In this document: positions 1 through 14,230 of the stretch, in pieces
Layout: the number at the start of each line of letters is the position of its first letter
Position numbering within the stretch: the first letter of the stretch is position 1
Source of the DNA: Eledone cirrhosa
Lineage: Eukaryota
DNA length: 64,000 bases
Assembly: GCA_964016885.1 (NCBI GenBank)
Contig: OZ024740.1
Coordinates: forward strand, 223,076,001 to 223,140,000
Reading direction: 5' to 3'
Translations under genes and position numbers: made by a program
The notes under the pieces: model-generated
Told to the model about the DNA's origin: nothing
Database searches by the model: none
The model's input: only the letters and a program-made list of their open reading frames with translations

Positions 1-624
1 AATTCACACTCAATTTATTCTACTCACTTTTATTACAATCTCTGGTTTTTCCTCATACTCTGTGTCATTTGATAGCCTACTACGTCCTAATTATTATTTG
101 TATGACAGTAAATAAAATCACATTGAAAGTGTTACATGTGATTATGATAAAGAATGTCATTTACTATATAAATAGTAGATAAGTCCATCAAATAAAACAG
201 TATGTTGACAGTCTAGAAAAACATCAGATGATTGACACCAGCTGGTAATTATTTCTGAGCTTGAATTTTGTGCACAATTATTAACAAATGACAGTTTGTT
301 TCTAGACATCTTACTGATTCAAATGAAACAGAGGTCTTTTCAGCATCTAATACTTCCAACATTGATAAAATTAGCGATTGATTAACTAAATAGGTGGACA
401 ACTCATCTATAGACTAGTAAGATGACAAATATCGGACAGAGAATGTAGGTATCTGAGATTCTAAAGATGAATACTTTCAGCCATGCAATAAAATCAAAGG
501 TATACAAGTCATTATATATCGAGGTAAAATATAAGTACAATGTAAGTAGAACAATATCAAAAACAACAAAAACGTACAAAGTCAATATGATTGTGATGTG
601 GAGGAAAAGATAGGAAGATATTAT

Positions 625-827
625 GGCAGAATCAGCAGAAGGTTGGACACCATGCTTTGCAGTATAGAGTTATGGTCCTTTTACGTTCTGAATTCCAATC
701 CCGCCGAGATTGTTTTTGCCTTTCATCCTTATGGGGTCGATAAAATAAAGCATGCAGTTAATTTAATCGACTTTTCCCTCCCCACCCCCGAATCACTGGC
801 CTTGTGCCTATAGTAAAAATCATTATA
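625..827 (+). mobile_element. tRNA-derived SINE family 1 (MetaSINE-like central domain), diverged copy
   Basis: Box-A-like TGGCAGAATCAG, box-B-like GAATTCCAATCC, central GCCTTTCATCCTTATGGGGTCGATAAAATAAAG, tail GGCCTTGTGCCTATAGTAAAAATCATTAT; same family as >10 other copies in the window. Confidence 0.8.
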
Positions 828-1411
828 TGATTTCTAACTGGTTCCTCATCTGGTTATAAAACATAGTACTCTTATTTCTCAGTTTCAGGATGAATATCAA
901 TTGATATCCCACATAAGAAACAGATGTACTTGTAAATAAGTAACTCGCTTTCCTTTAATCCAAACACATATTATACTTCTTCATTTCTTTTCTAAACATA
1001 CACTTACACATTGTGTATACATTCATACACTCCACATCACCTACCACACCTACCCATACACTCACTCACATACATCCTCATCATCCATCTTCCATTCATA
1101 CACATCCCACTCAATGATGGTTGGCACACACAACCCAATACCATTATGGCGTACTCAGCCAACACACACATAACATTACTTACTATCATGATGTTGGCAC
1201 GGATTGGACAAGCGTTTTCAGGTGATATTCTATGACCTGATATCCTTCCTAAAAGCAACCTTGATTTGTTGTTGATTTTAAAAAAGTAAGGATCAGATTT
1301 TTACATATCTAATCACTGAGCTCAGGACCTCTGTTTTTGTGAATCATAAACCAGCAATATCAAAAGAAAATGATACACACACACATAATTGTATTTATTA
1401 TAAAGAAATAA

Positions 1412-1465
1412 CTTCTATATGCCTGATGATTTCATATGAATGAAGCAATTTTAGTCTTGTAGGAG
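1412..1465 (+). ncRNA. Degenerate minimal hammerhead ribozyme remnant (probable Penelope-like pLTR)
   Basis: CTTCTATA..CTGATGA-T-TTCA-TA-TGAA-T-GAAG..GTC-T-TGTAGGAG; stems I and II pair, GAAA changed to GAAG; AATAAA and a (TA)n tract follow. Confidence 0.35.
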
Positions 1466-1774
1466 GCCTTTCTATATAATAAATAGGCATATTCTCTACT
1501 AACGTATATATATTGTTCCTTATTTAACAGTGGTTATTTCCCAATCCCCTTCAGGATACCATTCTTATAAATATATATATATATGTATCTATTTCCTGAT
1601 TTCTTTGGATGTTCATATATATATAGTGATATTATGATTAAATATAGCTGAATATATGAGTGTTGAGCATGTGTGTGTCTATATGTATGTATGTGCGTAA
1701 ATATATACATAATTTCTCATATAGAATGGCGATATTTGTGTATTTGTGTATGATAAAAAGCTGTTAGATGATCG

Positions 1775-3082
1775 CTATAAGAAAGGTTCTTAGAGAAGAA
1801 TAAGGCACTATACTTAGCTTTGGTTGACCTAGAAAAGGCTTTTTATAGCATACCACGATCTGTCATCTGGTGGTCCCTAAGGAAACTAGGTGTAGAGGAA
1901 TGGCTTGTGAGTACAGTGCAGACTATGTACAGGGGTGCTGTCAGTAAAGTGAGGGTAGGAATGGAGTGTAGTGAGGAATTCAAGATACAAGTAGGAGTGC
2001 ATCAGAGTTCGGTCCTCAGCCCGCTCTTGTTCATTATAGTCCTCCAAGCCATAACAGAGGAGTTAAGACTGGCTGACCACGGGAACTTCTCTATGCTGAC
2101 GATCTGATACTTATAACCGAATCAGTAAAGGAGCTAGAGAATAAATTCTGGCTATGGAAACATCAGTTGGAATTAAGAGGACTGAGAGTGAACCTAGCTA
2201 AGACTAGAGAGTTGATAAGTAGAAAAGAGGACAAAACTCTGATTCCATCAGGGAAATGGCCATGTTCGGTATGTAGAAAAGGAGTTGGCATAAATTCTAT
2301 AAAATGTACACAATGCAGATCTTGGGTACACAAGAGATGTAGTTGAATAACAGACAAACTAACAGGTAGGGAAAACTACATATGCAGTAGATGTACAGGG
2401 AAATTTGACAGTAGAAGTCACAGTGATAGACACATTTTTTCAAATCCAGGTAGGATCTATAGAGGTGGTTGATAGCTTCTAATACCTAGGTGATCAGATT
2501 AACAAGGGAGGAGGGTGTTCCAAGATCATAGTATTTAGAATAAGGATGGGTTGGAAGAAGTTGAGGGAGCTGCTTCCTCTGTTGACAAAGAAGTGTTTCT
2601 TCCTATGAATGAAAGGCTGGTTATATGATGCCTGTGTGAGATACATGATGCTGCATGGTAGTGAGACATGGGCAGCAACTGCGGTGGATATGTGACGGCT
2701 GGAGAGAAATGAAGAAAGCATCTCCATTGGATGTGCAATGTCAATGTGCGTGAACGACCAAGCATAGATGAGATGAGAGAGAAATTTTGTATAAGAGAGA
2801 TAGGCTGTAGTGTGCAGGAGAGAAGACTGCATGGGTATGGGCATGTGATACGCATGGAGGATGACCACTGGGTAAAGAAGTACTAAGAAATCCCAATTGA
2901 AGGAAGACGCAGTAGAGGAACACCACAAAAAACATGGGCGGAGGTGGTGACAGCTGAGCTCAGATCGCTGAATCTCACGGAGGAGATGATAAAGGACCAT
3001 GTCGAATGGAGAGATGCTGTGCTGAACAGGACCCATCCCACCCTTGTAAGCAGGGAAAAGCAGACGTAAAATGATGATGATG
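1775..3082 (+). mobile_element. RTE-clade LINE family A, 5'-truncated and decayed (RT + PHD-like finger + C-terminus)
   Basis: ORF 1820-2107 VDLEKAF..VGVHQSSVLSPLLFIIVL; downstream YADD-equivalent and WPCSVCRKG..WVHKRCS; ends CCCTTGTAAGCAGGGAAAAGCAGACGTAAAA(TGA)n. Confidence 0.92.
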
Positions 3083-4782
3083 TATGTATATGTGTGTGTA
3101 TGTATATGTATGTAATGGGCTTTATATGGTTTCCATCTCCCAAATCTAGTTTCAAGGCATAGGTCAGGAACCTAAGGCAGTAAATAGTATACACCGAAAG
3201 TGTCACACAAGACTTGAACCAGAAATTGTGTTGTTTTAGAATGAACGTCTTAACCACACAGCCATTCTGAAGGTGCTTAGAGTAGCAGCCTAGAGCTATC
3301 ATGTTCAAATTCAACTAACATTCTGATACAATCTTTTGATATAATAACAAAGCAAAAGAATGTATAGAATTGCAGCCATGAATATAAATGCCTTCTACAC
3401 ACTTTACCACAATGTGTATAGAATAGTTTAATATTTGCATATATAAATCAAAGCATACATATTATGCACATAACCCATAACAGAAACATTTGATGCATTA
3501 TATTTTTAATATATAGTTACTCTAGGTCATTTCTGATGTTATGGGACATCACTTTTCATCAATATTATCAGGAGAAAATATCTCACAATGTCAAACATGA
3601 ACAACAGTCAAGATATATTTGTAAGACAAAGTGCTAAACACAGATAGGATATGATGGGAGTCAACGTCTTATAGCATTTAATAATAAGTTTCAGAAATGA
3701 GTGAAATATTCAAAACAGCCAAAATATTAGACAGTGTAAATGTTTAATACTAATGTCTTGTTAGTATAATTATTGTCATTATTCATGCATACAGACAATA
3801 ACATACATAAAATAACTGTATGCAAATTAAGCAATATACACACTGAGGTGCATATAGATAGAAACAAACAAACACATCAAACATAGGTAAATGTAAACTG
3901 AGAAATTTAAAATCCCACACATACTCAGAATGTAAGTGAAAGAAAGTTGAGCAGCTTACACACACATAGAAAGTAGATGAACGAAGGTTGAACAATTGAC
4001 ATACAATGTCCACATACATATATAAATACAAGTACACACACACAAACATATATATAATGTAGGTGAATGACTGGAATAGAACAATTTTATACACATACAG
4101 ACAAACATATGTATATATACACCTGCACACTCTGACAAATAAACAAAGGAAATCACAGTAGAAAAACACTTTGAATTATAAAATATAAAAAGATAATTCT
4201 CACTCAAAAGTAACTAAGAAAAGAGTAACGTTTATAATACGTTTCTTGCATAAACACGCATGCATACATTTTGTTTTATATTTGTGATTGCTAGTAAGAA
4301 ACACAATGACAGGAATTAAAAATCATAACTTCAGCTTATTGTGTAAAACAGGCTGCAAATTAGTAGAGGTGTAGGTCAAAATGTACTTATTTTGGCTCTC
4401 TGCACTGTGTCAAATACAACTATGCTCTTAGCTTTATTATTCTTCAGGGTAGATAAAATGAATTAGCAATATAGAACACCCGACCATAAGACTTGAGATA
4501 TTTTTTTAGGCTCTTTTATTTCTGAGTTTCAATAACACTGGCAGAAATTGGGTGATAGAACTAATTTGTTACTCAGCTTAACTCTCCACACTTTTGATTT
4601 AAATCAAACTTCTGGTTTGAGGATACCTAGTTCTTACTCTTTCTCCCTCTTACCAGTCATAAATGCGCTAAAAAGGGCCATTGGCAATGCTCTTCCCTAC
4701 CTGACTAAACAATAAAACTAGAAATTAAATGCAACTCTTTACAATGTAGGAAAAGCATCAATCACATTTTCTATTTATCTAA

Positions 4783-4955
4783 CTACCATATTTACTTGAA
4801 TATAAGCCGAGGAATTTGACCAAAACATCTATGATAAAATGTGTTGATTAGCTGCCTCAGGCAAAAATCCAAACCTCATTTATAAACTATTTCTCAGACA
4901 TAAAATAGTGGGGTTGGCTTATATTCAGATAGAATTATATTCGAGGGTATACAGA
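4783..4955. mobile_element. Tc1/mariner (pogo/Tigger-like) MITE, degenerate
   Basis: Left end TACCATATTTACTTGAATATAAGCCGA has an imperfect inverted counterpart GGCTTATATTCAG..TTATATTCGAGGGTATACAG; non-coding. Confidence 0.45.
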
Positions 4956-5899
4956 ATGTTACACATATCTATTTTCTCTACTGAATTGCCACTTTGACAG
5001 TGACATCATATTTCTTGAAATACATTAGTAACATTTCTATGTTGATACATATAATACATAGCAGAATATCTCACCTTGATTTGCTGATATTAATAATTAA
5101 TAATGTTGGTTTTATGTTCAATTATATTTATTGTTAGTGGAATATGAATGTATTATAAATTAACATATAAAAGTTTAAGTCATTCTCAAATCCTAGAAAT
5201 TCTTCAGGCCAGAGCTTGTCTAGCTTTAAGTAACTGAGAGTACAAGACTTCCCCCTGGGTAGGATGCCAGTCAATCATAGCTGCCTGTGTTTCTTCTAAT
5301 CATATTAGCAGCTTCATATTAACACATGGTGTAGTGTGAAGGGCATACTTCAAAGACACAATATTTTTTATTAATTAACTACTAAAGTTTTTAATACAAA
5401 TATAGTTATATATTACAGGGTTTGGCAGTCAACATATGGTTTCAGAGGAATCCTCAGACTGGCTGAGCATATAATAACCTCTAGTTTTTCGTGTCAATGT
5501 AAGATGCACTCAATCCACTTCATAAAGTGTATGCTCCCTTAGGTGCTTGTTGTTAGGAAAGTTATGCAGCCATAGAAAACTTGTTATATATGCAACATTT
5601 GATCAAGATGAGGTTTCTCCAGTTGGTTAGGTCTCAGAGTGTGATAACATGCCCAAAACATGTCAGGATGCAAAGCAGATGTAAAATAATGTTGATGATA
5701 GTTTGTAAGTAGCACTTAGAGATAAACAAATGAGAACAAATCCACTTACAAGATTCACACGACTGGCAGCCTGATGGAGGCAAGGTTTTCTCCTTGTCCA
5801 GAGAATTTGTTGTTGCATTTTATCATATATTGATTTTACTGTTTATACTAAAAATCATAGCTGTTATGACATATGTCTAAAGTTTATAAGCCAGAAGGC

Positions 5900-6145
5900 T
5901 TGTTAGGCTGGTGCTTATCCTGGTTTCATGGTGTGAAGCAACTGAGAGTACAAGACTCCTCTCTGGACAGGACACCAGTCCATTGCAGGGTTAAACCTCC
6001 AGGTAATGCTGGTACTCATTTTCAGCTGAGTATACAGGAGTAACGTGAAAATTAAGTGTTTTGCTCAAGAACACAACACATAATCTAGCTCAGAAATCGA
6101 ACCCATGACATTATGATTGTAAGACCAACACACTTACCACAAGTT
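5900..6145 (-). mobile_element. Degenerate CORE-like tRNA SINE
   Basis: CATTTTCAGCTGAGTATACAGGAG..AAGTGTTTTGCTCAAGAACACAAC..AATCGAACCC matches the reverse complement of the head/core of the SINE at 47048-47398. Confidence 0.55.
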
Positions 6146-6189
6146 ATGTATGTATTCATGTATGTTCTTCTGGTTTTGTTATTTTATAA

Positions 6190-6545
6190 ATGTTCACCAA
6201 TAGAGAGAGCCAGTTTCTAATATAGAAATATGATCCTTTCATTGGAATTTAGACAAATCCAACTAGGTAATTATATATGTCTGTATGTGTTGTGAGTAAA
6301 TGTGTGCAGATATGAATATGTTTGCTTGTGTGGATCTGTATGATTTGAGTTATATGTGTACACATGCATGTGTTTTTGTATCTATACATGTGTATATGTA
6401 GTTATTACATGCTGAATTTCTGAAATGTTTTACATAATTTTACAGTTCTATTAATGGATCGTACTTGCAACTTCCTAACTAGTCATGATCTTTCAGATTC
6501 TGTTAAGTCCAGCTGCTCAAGATTTTTAATGGAGCAGTTAGTAAT
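6190..6545 (-). mobile_element. 3' end fragment of an R4/Dong-like LINE (family 2)
   Basis: Colinear with 7420-7740 (3' UTR plus the TVKI..F ORF end); (TATG)n on both sides. Confidence 0.7.
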
Positions 6546-6785
6546 GTATGTATGTATGTATCTTTCTTTCATTTCAACTTATTTGAATTCTTCCCATAAG
6601 GAAGGAGATAGTTTCTAACAAAGAAACAGTGTTGGAATTTCGACAACAACAGTGTCACGTGTTAGCTGGCCTGAAAAGCTTAGTTTTTCCATTCATCAAA
6701 ATAGCTAAATGCATCAGTAATTATTGGCATGAATATGAATTTATTATCTGGACAGAGAAGCTGAAGGTATGTATGTCCTAGTTTC

Positions 6786-7418
6786 ATTATTTTATTAATT
6801 TTTTATTGGTGGATTGGCAGTATCGGTGGAGGGTCGGACGCCATGCTTTCCAGCATAGTTACGTCCCTTTACGATCTGAGTTCAAATCCCACTGAGGTTG
6901 ACTTTGCCTTTCATCCTTATGGGGTCGATAAAATAAAGTACCAGTAATGCACTGGGTAATTGCTGGCCTTGTGCCTAAAGTAGAAACAATTATTTTATTA
7001 ATTTTTTAAGGGCGGTGGATTGGCAGTATCGGTAGAGGGTCGGACGCCATGCTTTCCAGCATAGTTACGTCCCTGTACGATCTGAGTTCAAATCCCACTG
7101 AGGTTGACTTTGCCTTTCATCCTTACGGGGTCGATAAAATAAAGTACCAGTAATGCACTGGGTAATTGCTGGCCTTGTGCCTAAAGTAGAAACAATTATT
7201 TTATTAATTTTTTAAGGGCGGTGGATTGGCAGTATCGGTAGAGGGTCGGACGCCATGCTTTCCAGCATAGTTACGTCCCTTTACGATCTGAGTTCAAATC
7301 CCACCGAGGTCGACTTTGCCTTTCATCCTTACCGGGTCGATAAAATAAAGTACCAGTAATGCACTGGATAATTGCTGGCCTTGTGCCTAACGTAGAAACA
7401 ATTATTTTATTAATTTTT
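6786..7418 (+). repeat. Head-to-tail trimer of SINE family 1, 206-bp period
   Basis: Three near-identical copies (6808-6987, 7010-7193, 7216-7399), each bounded by ATTATTTTATTAATTTTT (4 copies). Confidence 0.95.
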
Positions 7419-10400
7419 ACAACTAGAGAGAGTTGGTTTCTAACATAGACACAATACTCTTTCATTGGAATTTAGATAACAACAACTAGGTAAATGTCTA
7501 TGTTGGCATCCATGCATGTGCGTGTGTGCAGGGATGGATGTTATTGTATGTGTGGATATGTATGCTGTGAGATATATGTGTGCACATTAATATGTTTTGT
7601 ATCTATATATGTGTATATGCAGTTATTACATACATAAACTTTGGAATGTTTTACATATTTTTACAGTTCCAAAAACAGGATTGTATTTGTAACTTCTTAA
7701 CAAGACGTTCTTTTTGGGGTCTGTGAAGCCCAGCTTCTCAATATTTGTACTGAGGCAGTTGATAACACATCCCAGTGCACCAATAATCACAGATATAAAT
7801 CTGAAGGCATAGTCAGGGTGAAGTATACGCAAATTCCTCATTAGTTCTGCATAGATTTCATTTGGCTAATCTTTAATAATATATTGTCATCTTCTGGGCT
7901 GCTGACTCCCACTACTGAGCATGCCTTATTTTCCCTGTCTCATATCATTATATCTGGTCTGTTGTGTTTTCATTTTATTGGGGTTTTGACTGGAACATTG
8001 CACCAGTGCTCTTTCGTATTATATATGTATATATCTTCTACATTGCTATAACTTTTAATATGTTTATTGTTGGGGCTATCTTTTCTATGGATTGCATTGT
8101 ATAGTGTGTTGGCCATTACATCATAGGTAGATAGTAACGTGATAGTAACGTCTTTGGACAACTGCTTATGACATGGGTGACATGTTCAATGTAAACTCTA
8201 CATCTAGGTGTTTCATCTAGATGCTTTTCCTGCATCCCTATCTCTTTAGTGAATCAGTTATTTTGTGTTGATATCCTGTTCTTGATTGCAAAACATATCC
8301 TTCAATGTGAGAGCCAATATAGTGATTGTTAGTCCAAGATAGACTACTTTGCTTATTTATATTACTCTTACTTTGAAGCCTCCTTGCAATATATCCATGC
8401 ATGATTTTTTACTGATAAGCATGCATTTTCCCCCCATGGTTTGACTGTGGTATTGCTGGGCAATTTCACTGGCTGTGAGTTTTTGATTGTCATACAGGGA
8501 GTATTTTTCAATGACTCCCTTCCCAACTCTCATGATCTCATCTGTCTCATGTAGACAGACTTGTACAATAGATAGGCTCCTATTCTTGGTCGTTTGTAGA
8601 TGTTGGCGGGACATGGTGCAACACTCAAATGCTGTCTGGATTGATGTTAGACCACTGTCTCCCCACTTACATTTCAAAAGAGGTGGTCTATGTCACTGTT
8701 GATGTGGAAGTTTCTGGTGTTGTTTAGGATTTGGGGGGGTTTAACATCAGTAGCTTGGATATAATCTATTGTCCAATCAAGTATTCTAAACGTTGGTGTT
8801 AGGACAGGCACAGAAAACACATTGTGAGCCACTGTTTTATTGTGCACAGAGTGTAATATTCCTTGGTTACACATTCCGTGTTACAAATACCATCATAGGA
8901 TATATTCTGATCTATCTCTAGTTATTTGAGCAGTCCTCATCAGGTAATGGTGAAACAGTTAGGCCATTGATAAAACTGTTGCTAGATTGGCTTGTAGTTT
9001 TTCCCTGCCCTCCTCAGAGCCAATTATTTATCATTTACATTTCTTGAGCAGAAAGGACAAGGGGGTCTAATGATAGAATAAATAGTAGCGCAGAGAGAGA
9101 CTGTCTCCTTGAAATATATCCCTATGTTATTCTATTTTGATCAGTGAAAATAGAGTCCTCCTTCTCTGCTTATAACTTTTGGATAGTAGCCCAAGAAAAA
9201 AATAGATTCTGTATGGCTCTGATAATAGTGTTGGAGGGCCTCTATCATCAAAGAGTGGAGAACAGCCAAACTGTAACTATATTCCTCCTATGTTGCCTCA
9301 CCTCTGACATCATGGTTTTGTTAATTTGGAGTTGTTCAGCACACTTCCAAACACTTTTCATCCCAGCTGCTTGCTTATCTGTGATGATGTTATTACTGTC
9401 ACAGTGATCTTGAAGAAATAAGTTTAGGCAGGCTGTTTACATTTTATACATTAGGTTCCGGCATGTAATGGGTCATTGGGTTTTTGCCAAGTGGGTGTCT
9501 GTGTCCTTGCTCACCAATATTGTTTGTGCTAATGTCAACCACCTTGGTATACTGAGAGTTTGCTGGTAGAGGTTGATAAGATTCATCTGATAGAATGTCA
9601 GATTGTTGTACCACTACCGATTAAGTTTCTTCCTGGTCTTTTCTTATCTTGAAGTTTTCCTATCACAGTCTCAAGGGTATTATCATTCATTCTGTATGTT
9701 TTTGTTGTAGTGCCGGGCAGTAGTTCTTTTAGATCCCTTTTAGCCACACTGCATCGAGGTTGAATTTCTTCTCATCACCCCATATTTTTTTCTCCAGGAG
9801 GAATGTATGTCTTTCTTGGATGGGCCTCATTGACATTTATTGATTGCCATTTATTGATTGCTCTATAGACTGATGTTTGGTTTTGACTGAATCTTTTATT
9901 AATTATTTTTCTTTCAGCCACCCTTTTCTGGTATCAAAATTTCTTGCTTCTTGTGTGAGAGTTCTGTTTATAGTGTCTTCAAACATCATTTCTATTTTAT
10001 TTTTTAATCTTTGGTGGCGATGAGTTTACTTATATTTTTTTATGAGGAGAGCATTGTCATGTATCCTATAGTTTTCAATAGGTCAGCAATCTCCTTTTTC
10101 TATTTTTGTATTAGAAGATGGCGTTTTTGATGGTATTTTGTTTTTGTTAATATCTTCGTTATCACCAAGGCAGGGCATATAAACAAACGTTGATTTGCTA
10201 AAATGTTGGGGCTTTAATCTGTCATAAATATTCACCTCAATGGCATGCAGAATTATATTATCAGGTCTCCTTTCGTTTACTTTTGTTGTTTTATATCGTT
10301 CCATGAGAGAAATGTTTACACATGAATTAATTTCTCTCTGAAAAGTTTCGCTGAGGGTATATTCTAATTGTTTATATTCTTGATTTTCCTAGCTAACAAC

Positions 10401-10590
10401 AGTTGCGGTAGAATCAATGGATACGTGTGGTGTCAAATTTCTTACTGGCAAATTTGTTTTATGGGACTGTTTGTGTATTACTGCTGTTTGTTGATGCTCA
10501 ACCTTGTTGCTAGAGAGTCTAGTAACATCGTGGCCTGAAGCATGTGTTGTTGATTGCAAGTTTCGATCTGGGGGATTTACAATGAAAACA
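7419..10590 (-). mobile_element. R4/Dong-clade non-LTR retrotransposon (RT + restriction-like endonuclease), long decayed copy
   Basis: Minus-strand fragments: GIFQGDSL..LLFILSLDPLS (RT, ~9.1 kb), GGLCH/KWGDSGLT, EHWCNVPVKT, KHNRPDIMI.D (RLE PD..D), IIGALGCV..GTVKICKTF; many stops and frameshifts. Confidence 0.85.
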
Positions 10591-10601
10591 TTTCATGTTA
10601 T

Positions 10602-10782
10602 TGCTAGTATCAGTAGAGGTTCGGACGCCATGCTTTGCAGCACGGAGTTACGTCCCTTTAGGGTCTGAGTTTAAATCTCGCCGAGGTTAACTTTGCCTTT
10701 CATCCTTACGGGATTGATAAAATAAAGTAGCAGTAATGCACTGGGATAATTGCTGGCTTTGTGCTAAAACTAGAAACAATTA
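10602..10782 (+). mobile_element. SINE family 1 copy
   Basis: CGGACGCCATGCTTTGCAGC..GCCGAGGTTAACTTTGCCTTTCATCC..TAGAAACAATTAT. Confidence 0.85.
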
Positions 10783-12294
10783 TAAATCCGATTTATAATT
10801 TTATTATAATTGAGATTTATAATTTTGTTTCCTTCTGTAGCTACAACTAAAGAAATTTTAGAAATTTGTGTTGGTGCTCTGAAATAGCGATGTATATATG
10901 AATGTACGTATTATATATTTACTGTATATTTATTTTAAAACATTTTGAAGGCCTTTCAGTATGAATTTAAGATAGTGACTAAAGTCACATACCCAGCTTC
11001 AGCAAAAACAAAGGGAAATAACTGACGATAATTTCTCACTGTTTAGTGGTTATCAAGGCTATATATCCCTTGTTTTTACTGTAAGATGTAGAAGCTGGAT
11101 TCTTATAGAATTCTAATTATGTTTTTGAGCAGTTTAAACTCATTTAACATACAGAGTGGTTGATGGCCCAGCAACAATAAGAAATTTGTGTTGGAAATTC
11201 TGTTTACCTTTCTCGTTGTTTTTCTTCGGTTCTTCATGAATGTTGTTGATGTTATGTTCAACCATGCTGCATGTAGGAAATGCTTGTAAAATGATCTTAG
11301 TATTTAGTCGGACATCTCTACAAATTCGAATAAAAGGTGTCTTCAGTGAGTATAATTAGAAGAATATCCAGTTATACAACACAGCTGGTATTTATGGTAT
11401 TTATGTCAGAGATAGTATCCAACTTAAATTTAATGAATAATCTCCCAAATCAGTGTGTGTGACTGGTGGTATTGTTGAATGTATGTATGTATGCATCTCT
11501 GCTGTGTGTATGAATGTATTCTCCTCTGCCTGCCTCTATGTATGTGGTTATGTATATTTGAGAAAGCATGCATTCATGTAGGTACAAACGTATATTTATG
11601 GAATTTCAAAATAACAGCATCAATACATAATTTATGATATAAATCTGAGAAAATATGTCTAATGATGCTCTCCTTGTCTTCACAAGATATTGGTAATTAA
11701 AATTTCTAAAATCCTGTAGTGCTAAAATAATTTCCGAAATTCTGTAATTATTTAAGATGCAACTATATTGTGGAAGATTTCAAGGAGGTCTTGACAAACT
11801 TTATCTCATTTTCCATCCGTACAGCTAAATATTTGTAATCATAACATTATTGAAGATCAGTTTCCTTTAAGATGCCTTCTCCATCAAGTTGATGGAGCAT
11901 TAAAGACAAGCTTGGCAAGGAAGCGTTGAAGCATGTAAGCTGTTAAGATGATCACAAATCATCTATGATGATCAAATGTGCAACTGGCCATGAAGCCACT
12001 TAGCTTGATTAACAGATGATTTGATTGGATTAGCTAGATCAAATATTAATAAGATTCTCAACAGCCAAGTAGATTTGCTAAACATGTATGTTTGCACATA
12101 GCAATATGAATATGAATTGACTGACACATTGAATTATCAATGTTGTGGCATATAACTATATAATAATTGCATAAATATGGATTTATAAAAGAAATTAACT
12201 GAGGAAATATTGAAGAAATATGTTAATTCATATATTCACTTATGAATATTTCCCCATTCTCAATATAAATTGAAGCAAAGAAACAAAAATAGCT

Positions 12295-12745
12295 CATGCA
12301 TTTTAATGGCTGCAATATCAACAATGATAATTTTTATTACAAGTATATGTGAGTGATTCAACTTCTGCATCAGTCAAAGGTTTGAAGAGCCCAGGAGGGG
12401 ATTGAAACTATCTGACACCCATTTTAAAGAAAATAAAACACTCTAAGACCCTTTGAATTTTGGAAAGAGTTCTCCTAGATCAGTTATGAATATTTTCTCG
12501 TTTACAATAGAAATGCAGGCTAAGAAACAAAACTAGCTTATTAATTTTAATGGAAACAATATCAGCATCGATAGTTTTTATTACCAGAACATATTGAGAG
12601 TGGTTCAGTTGCTGCATCAGTCCAATGCTGGAAGAGCCCAGGAGGAGAATGTAACTAACTGACGCACCATTTTAAAGAAAATAAAACACTCCAAGGTCTT
12701 TTGATTTTGAGAAGAGTTCTCCCAAATCTTGGAGTTAAGAGTATA
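12295..12745 (+). repeat. Diverged tandem duplication, ~245-bp unit
   Basis: Both units contain TTTTAATGG..CTGCATCAGTC..GAAGAGCCCAGGAGG..CCATTTTAAAGAAAATAAAACACTC..AAGAGTTCTCC. Confidence 0.8.
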
Positions 12746-13129
12746 GTTAATTAAATCTTCCCTCTGTACTTTATCTTATAGGCTCAGGGGGGATGAAATG
12801 TGAGGTTAACCTCCAGTATATTTGAATGCTAGTAGCAGAAATGTGCAAGGATATATTAAAATAGAAATAAACAGGAAGTGGGCTTGAAAGTAGAAATAAC
12901 AACAACAATAGTTAGAACATGAGATATAATAAAAAGTAATGTACACATATTTAACTTTACAGATATTTCTAGGTTCCAGGTGCCCAAAATTGTAAATTCA
13001 ACACTGCACTTACTTGGATACAAACTAGGATTGTAAGTATAGAAGTTATTTGTTTGAAAATAGAGTTTTATCTGTAAAATTAAATTTCTATAGTCATTTA
13101 AAATTAACTGTAGTTTGATAGTGAAGGTA

Positions 13130-13440
13130 TGTGACTTAATGGTTTGAACAATGAATTCATAATCATTAGGGTCCGATATCAATTTCCTGACTGAGTGGTG
13201 CATTGTCTCAGAACAAGACACTTTATTTCATGTTCCTCCAGATCTCTCAGCTTGAAATGTGTTGCAATGTCTCTGGTGCCTTTGCATTTCCCTTGAACCA
13301 CAGTGGTGTCATGGAGAGGGGAGATTTGTATGCATAGTCAACTGCTGGTCTTCCATAAAAACAACTTGCCCAGGTCTGTGGCTTGGAGAGAAACATTCTA
13401 GGTATAAAACCCTTTTTCCTACATAACCAAAATGGGCTTT
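13130..13440 (+). mobile_element. Degenerate CORE-like tRNA SINE
   Basis: GAACAAGACACTTTATTTCATGTTCCTCCAG..CTCAGCT core resembles 47139-47180; different 3' part. Confidence 0.5.
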
Positions 13441-14188
13441 TAGAATGTTAATCGCCAACAAATCAACCATTGAAAAAAATATTTTAACATTTGTTGTAGG
13501 TTTCTGTTTAGACTTTGTATTGTTGCTGACATTTGTTTAACGTCTATGACTCAAACTTTTTTGACAATTATTTTTTTTTATTGTATTCAATATATTTTAA
13601 AACTATTTTTTTATAAAAATATTCTTTAAAGATTTGGAGCTTCCTAGATTAATATTCATTAATAAACGGTATGGAACACATATTTCAAATATGGTATTTG
13701 AATCTGCTTGGTAATGTTAATCACACTAAACCTTTTGACTACTAGAATAGAGAAAAAAGAAGCAAAATATGATAGTAATTCCCATTGTAGTTAGTGTATC
13801 AAGATATTTGGCAAAAGATATCGGTGAAAGCAAACTTAAATGAAATTGAAAATCAAAGAATACCAAACCAATATTTTAAGAAAGTAATAATGACCTTAAT
13901 AAATATTTAAATTATTTCCATATGTATGATTGTGTAAGAAATCACTGATTAATACTAAACAGCCAACTGAAATATTCTGAAATAATTATTTAACATTTCT
14001 CACTTCTCACCTTTTGTTTTGTTATATATATATATATCATCATCATCGATTAACATCTATCTTCCATGCTAGCATGGGTTAGACATATATAAATATATTA
14101 TTAGTACAGATTAAAGTTTAAGCAAAGAATGTCCGCCTTCACCCTATATAGGAACTTCTGAAACATATATATATATATAAGTAAGATG

Positions 14189-14230
<42 letters not shown>

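Noticed and set aside
3783-4207. ORFs rich in C/V/Y/I/H/T (also 42373-42847, 34982-35210, 61002-61223)
   Set aside because: Translations of (CA)n/(TA)n low-complexity sequence
6786-7418. CRISPR-like array or tRNA gene cluster
   Set aside because: Whole 206-bp units repeat with no unique spacers; the heads are SINE tRNA-like promoters without a complete cloverleaf
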